Assembly (NCBI GenBank): GCA_964016885.1
Contig: OZ024753.1
Location: 40,238,001 to 40,302,000, forward strand
Direction: 5' to 3'
From: Eledone cirrhosa
Lineage: Eukaryota
DNA: 64,000 bases
Made by a program: the position numbers and the translations under genes. This document shows positions 59,105 through 64,000 of the stretch, one piece after another (the first letter of the stretch is position 1; each line of letters opens with the position of its first letter). The notes below the pieces were generated by a model, which worked only from the letters and a program-made list of their open reading frames with translations, searched no databases and was not told the DNA's origin.

Positions 59105-59232
59105 GTTTCCCACCATTCTCCTGATGAAGGGTTTATGCCCGAAACGTCGCCCCAACACCCCACTCTCAAGCGTCAACCTAATACCTACCACCTTTCGTAA
59201 CTGTACTCCTTGTTGTTGTTATTTACTTTTCC
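59105..59232 (+). mobile_element. Family K copy
   Basis: CTGATGA-agggtttatgccc-GAAACGTC..cactctcaagcgtcaacctaatac. Confidence 0.6.
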
Positions 59233-59276
59233 AAAACACACACACACACACACATATACATATATATATATATACA

Positions 59277-59710
59277 TTTTGGGATGCTCCCATACAGCTC
59301 TGAGTTTTTCATCCTCAGTGTATACTGATTAATGTTCAGAGCCATCCGCAGCATTCTCGTGTAGCACCCATCCACCATCTGAGTGAGTTTCCTGGTCAGT
59401 GTCCAAGTCTCAGACCCGTACAGCAGCACAGACTCCACTACAGCAATGAAGAGGCGGATTTTCAGCTCAAAGGTGACACAGAGGAGACTGAGGTTAGCTG
59501 GACATGCTCACCGACATCCAGAGTTGACATTGCACTCAGTGCTCCTTTGGGAGCCGCTACATGGACACACTAGAAGAGGAAGACCAAGGTTAACATATGT
59601 TGATGCCCTAAGGACAGATCGAACCTTGAACTGGTCGGTGGCGATGCGCGCGTCGCCAGCCAATGAACGTGGTGAGGGAGTGACCAATCGTCCTTGTATG
59701 TTATTTAACT
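59277..59710 (+). mobile_element. 5'-inverted RTE fragment fused to a family H end
   Basis: Minus 59277-59470 encodes ELKIRLFIAVVESVLLYGSETW..GSIPK; plus 59471-59619 encodes VTQRRLRL..ALRTD; then tcgaaccttgaac. Confidence 0.85.
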
Positions 59711-59720
59711 ATATATATAT

Positions 59721-59754
<34 letters not shown>

Positions 59755-59759
59755 ATACC

Positions 59760-60120
59760 CAGGGAGTGTAAGTTGGAGTTACTGTAGGTTCACCCGGGTG
59801 AACACTCGATGTTTAGGTTCACTTCAGTGTCGAGGTGTAGAGCTAGACAGAGTGTATTATAGTTAAATAAAATAACAAGGACGATTAGTCATTGCCTCAC
59901 CACGTTCATTGGCTGGCGACGCGCGCCTCGCCACCGACCAGTTCAAGGTTCGATCGATATGCTTCCATTAACATTACAAGCGGTCTGACGAGCCGCGGAT
60001 TGCAGAGTCAGGTCGGATCAATGCAGATCGAACCTTGAACTGGTCGGTGGCGATGCGCGCGTCGCCAGCCAATGAACGTGGTGAGGGAGTGACCAATCGT
60101 CCTTGTATGTTATTTAACTA
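59760..60120. mobile_element. Fold-back element, family H, with variant HHR-like core at 59981-60066
   Basis: Arms ~59860-59955 and 60025-60120; ggt-CTGACGA-gccgc..gtggc-GATG-cgcgcg-TC-gcc. Confidence 0.7.
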
Positions 60121-60148
60121 TATATATATATATATATATATGTATATG

Positions 60149-60559
<411 letters not shown>

Positions 60560-60687
60560 ATGTATGTATGTTTAAAATGATAATGCTGAAACAAATCCCT
60601 TCAGTTAACTGATAACAATCTGTTGTGTAAATCACTTAGTAATGAACTCTCTGAATGTCATAAGTGCGAAACGAAAAAAAAAAGAAT

Positions 60688-60958
60688 AATAATTGTTTCT
60701 ACTTTTGGCACAAGGCCAGCAATAACCCAGTACATTACTGGTACTTTATTTTATCGACCCCGTAAGGATGAAAGGCAAAGTTAACCTCGGCGGGATTTGA
60801 ACTCAGGATGGCAAGGGCCGTAACTCCATGCGTCAAAGCATGGCGTCCGACCCTCTACCGATACTGCCAATCCGCCGCCATTATCAATAATTGTTTCTAC
60901 GTTAGGCACAAGGCACAAGGCCAGCAATTAGCCAGTGTATTACTGGTACTTTATTTTA
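60688..60958 (-). mobile_element. SINE, full copy plus 3' fragment
   Basis: Dominant SINE. Confidence 0.9.
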
Positions 60959-61720
60959 TAATAAACATTTATCAGCATTGCTAATATATAAAATTATCTT
61001 AAACTGTTATGTAATTATCTCCAGAAATAGGGATCCTGCTTCACGTATATATTCATATACGTGAACCCTATCTTCGGTTCTAGATTCGTGATTCTAGTAC
61101 TGAACATCGCATTCGCCGGGGCTGTGGGGAGGCCAGCACGCGCGACCCTATTTGCTCACTATGCAGAGAGATGAGGAGGGCGAGAGAGTTGGAGATGATG
61201 ACAGTGGATTTTTATCCATTTCTCAGAGAGAAAATGTTTTATTTTCAGAAACATTCTACCCCATACTATGTTATTCAATATGTCAGTTTTTTAAAGATGA
61301 TTGATTGTGATTATGGAGAGATTTGGCTGCTATTTCTAGTCGGTCGAATGGTTGTACAGAAGCTACATTATTAGTTTTTTGGTGCTGTTGCAGTTAATAT
61401 CGTTCTTAGAGATGTGAGTATGTTTTTTTTTCTTCTTCCAGCTTCTATCGGCTTCGTTCTTGTACGTTGCTATAGTTACGGTTGCTAGGGTCATTTCACG
61501 TTTGTAGGATTTTTGATGAAAAGATTTCCGTCGTCTTTGTAATAGTACTTCCGGTTTGGCTTTACGCTTTAATTGTCGAGGTACAGGTGTGTTAGGGAAG
61601 ACAGAGAGAAAGGGGGTTGGTGAAATAGATATAGAGGAAACTGAGGAACAAGGATGAGAGAGAAGGGGGGGGGGTAAGAAAAATAAAATAGATTGAGACA
61701 TAATGTGTTAGGAAAGACAA

Positions 61721-61788
<68 letters not shown>

Positions 61789-61969
61789 TACAGAGAGAGG
61801 CAGAGAGAGAGCGAGAGAGAAAGAGAGAGACTGAGAGATAGGGAGAGAGAGAGACAGCCAACGATAAAGAGAGAGAGTGAGTGTGTGTGAGAGAGGTAGA
61901 GAGAGAGAGAAAGAGAGAGACAGAGAGAGACAAAGAGAGAAAGAGAGATAAAGAGAGAGAAAGAGAGAG

Positions 61970-62007
<38 letters not shown>

Positions 62008-62138
62008 CCAACGATAAAGAGAGAGAGAGAGAGTGTGTGTGTGTGTGTGTGCGAGAGAGAAATAGAGAGAGAAAGAGAGACACAGAGAGAGACAGAGAGA
62101 AAGCGAGAGAGAAAGAGAGAGACTGAGAGAGAGAGAGA

Positions 62139-62178
<40 letters not shown>

Positions 62179-62844
62179 TCTTCATGACTATTGCGTTGGT
62201 CGTCTTCTAAATACGACACTCTCCCATCTACACACCTACCACTTACAAAATGGAGCAATTGTAAAACAATAAAAAATACACACTCACACACACACACTCT
62301 CCCACACACACACACTCACACACTCACACACACACTCTCTCACACACACACTCACACACATACACACACACACTCACACACAAACACACACTCACACACA
62401 CTCTCTCACACACACACTCACACACACTCACACACACACTCTCAAACACACACACTCACACACATACACACACACACTCACACACACACACACAAACACA
62501 CACTTACACACACACTCTCACACACACACTCACACACATACAAACACACACTCACACACACACAAACACACACTCACACACACACTCTCTCACACACACA
62601 CTCACACACATACACACACACACACTCACAAACACACACTCACAAACACACACACTCACACATACAACTATATATATATAATTCACATCATTTCCCATCA
62701 ATATTGTCTTTATATATGTACGTGGTGTGATCGTTTGTCTAAATTTTGGAGAAGGTCAATTGTGCATCTCTCTTGATAAAGGAGCTGCTTTACAACTTGA
62801 AGTATCCAACCAAACAAACAACAAAAAAAGCTCATCCCCTCATA

Positions 62845-63477
62845 ACTATAATTTATATATTATAAATATAATTTATATACATAAATATAATTTATATACA
62901 TAAATATAATTTATATACATAAATATAATTTATATACTATAAATATAATTTATATACATAAATGACAATTGCTGTCTGTTTGTCTGTTTGTGAACCTAAA
63001 ACTCAAAAACTACCAAACAGATCTTGAAGAAACTTGACACGTGTGTGGGGCTCATACCCATTTGATTTCTTACGTTTAGTTCATTTTAATCAAAGGGTTC
63101 CCCGGGGACACAACCACCCACTGAAAATGTTTTCCCTTCGATTTATATTAAATTTAAGCCACAAGTAAATGACAAGATATGAAGCCTATTCACAAAATTT
63201 CAGAAAATTTCAATAATATTAAGACACCCTAATGGGAATTAAGCCCCCTATAGTGAACATAACTTGAGTATTGGAACCTCTATTATCACGGGGGTTTTCT
63301 ATTAAGTAAATGTAAATCAACAAAAAAAGCACCTCACTTTTATAGTAAAATTTGGCTAATTTAAACATTTTATCTATGGCAAAACCTCACTAGAATTATG
63401 ACAACAAAAATTATTAGTTAATGCCTCTACTTTTTTATGTGTGAAACGCAGCAAGGCGCGGGTAATTCGGTTAGTAT
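62845..63477 (+). mobile_element. Non-autonomous Helitron-like element with tandemly repeated 5' end
   Basis: (ataaatataatttatatac)n, then gtctgtttgtctgtttg..aactcaaaaactac..gaaacttgacac; ends gcaaggcgcgggtaattcggTTAGt (CTAG-like). Confidence 0.5.
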
Positions 63478-63862
63478 GGTCATAAACTTCTTCCTCGACG
63501 CTCTTGTAATAAGCTTCTTCCTCTGGAGTTTCCCAGTGACTGTCCTAAAATACTCAACAACACTGATTACTGTGATGCTAGCTAAGGTTCTTAGTCAATT
63601 GTTTACATCACCATCTTCATGAACTTGTCGACATAGAGATTTATTTGTGGATCGGGACAATTAGGTCTATAGTTAGGCTAATGTAATGGCCTTGGGAAAT
63701 ATTGTGTCGTCATTTCTACTATCAAAACAGATCATCTTACATCATTGCAGGTTTTACTGAAGATGCAATCTGACATTTGTTCATTTTCCCAAGTCGTGAG
63801 CCCATTAAACAGATTCATACTCGAGTCCTTCCATTTATGGTGTCATCGTCGAAGCTCTATAA

Positions 63863-64000
63863 CAGACATAGGCAACCTTTTTCGAGAAGTGGGCCGCATG
63901 AGATATGGCTTGTCATCAGACGGGCCGCAAGCGCTAATTTACATTCGTGCCCACATTTAAAAACGGCGGTAACTCAGGTTGTTTTGAGTTGTTTCTTCAG
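63863..64000 (+). mobile_element. Possible hAT/Charlie-like left end
   Basis: cagacataggcaaccttttt followed by repeated gggccgca; other end lies outside the window. Confidence 0.35.

Noticed and set aside
63440-63545. Possible minus-strand exon DSHWETPEEEAYYKSVEEEV after ttttag
   Set aside because: Short, no recognisable homology, and runs into the Helitron-like end.

Overview
AT-rich, extremely microsatellite-dense, gene-poor eukaryotic DNA; the SINE sequences and (TA)n/(CA)n load suggest a cephalopod such as octopus (inference). No host protein-coding exon can be supported, and almost all listed ORFs are microsatellite artefacts. The real content is a 5'-truncated Penelope-like element (PLE) with an intact GIY-YIG endonuclease domain and inverted pLTR, many tRNA-derived SINEs, RTE and CR1-like LINE 3' fragments, a few MITE/Helitron-like remnants and several satellites. 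Most notably, about ten distinct families of short, often fold-back elements sit in (TA)n and carry hammerhead ribozyme (HHR) cores, some with compensatory substitutions. One family (C) appears to hold all hammerhead core strands in a scrambled, pseudoknotted order that is not a circular permutation. Family letters (A, B, C...) are my own labels; element boundaries are approximate and were read by eye.
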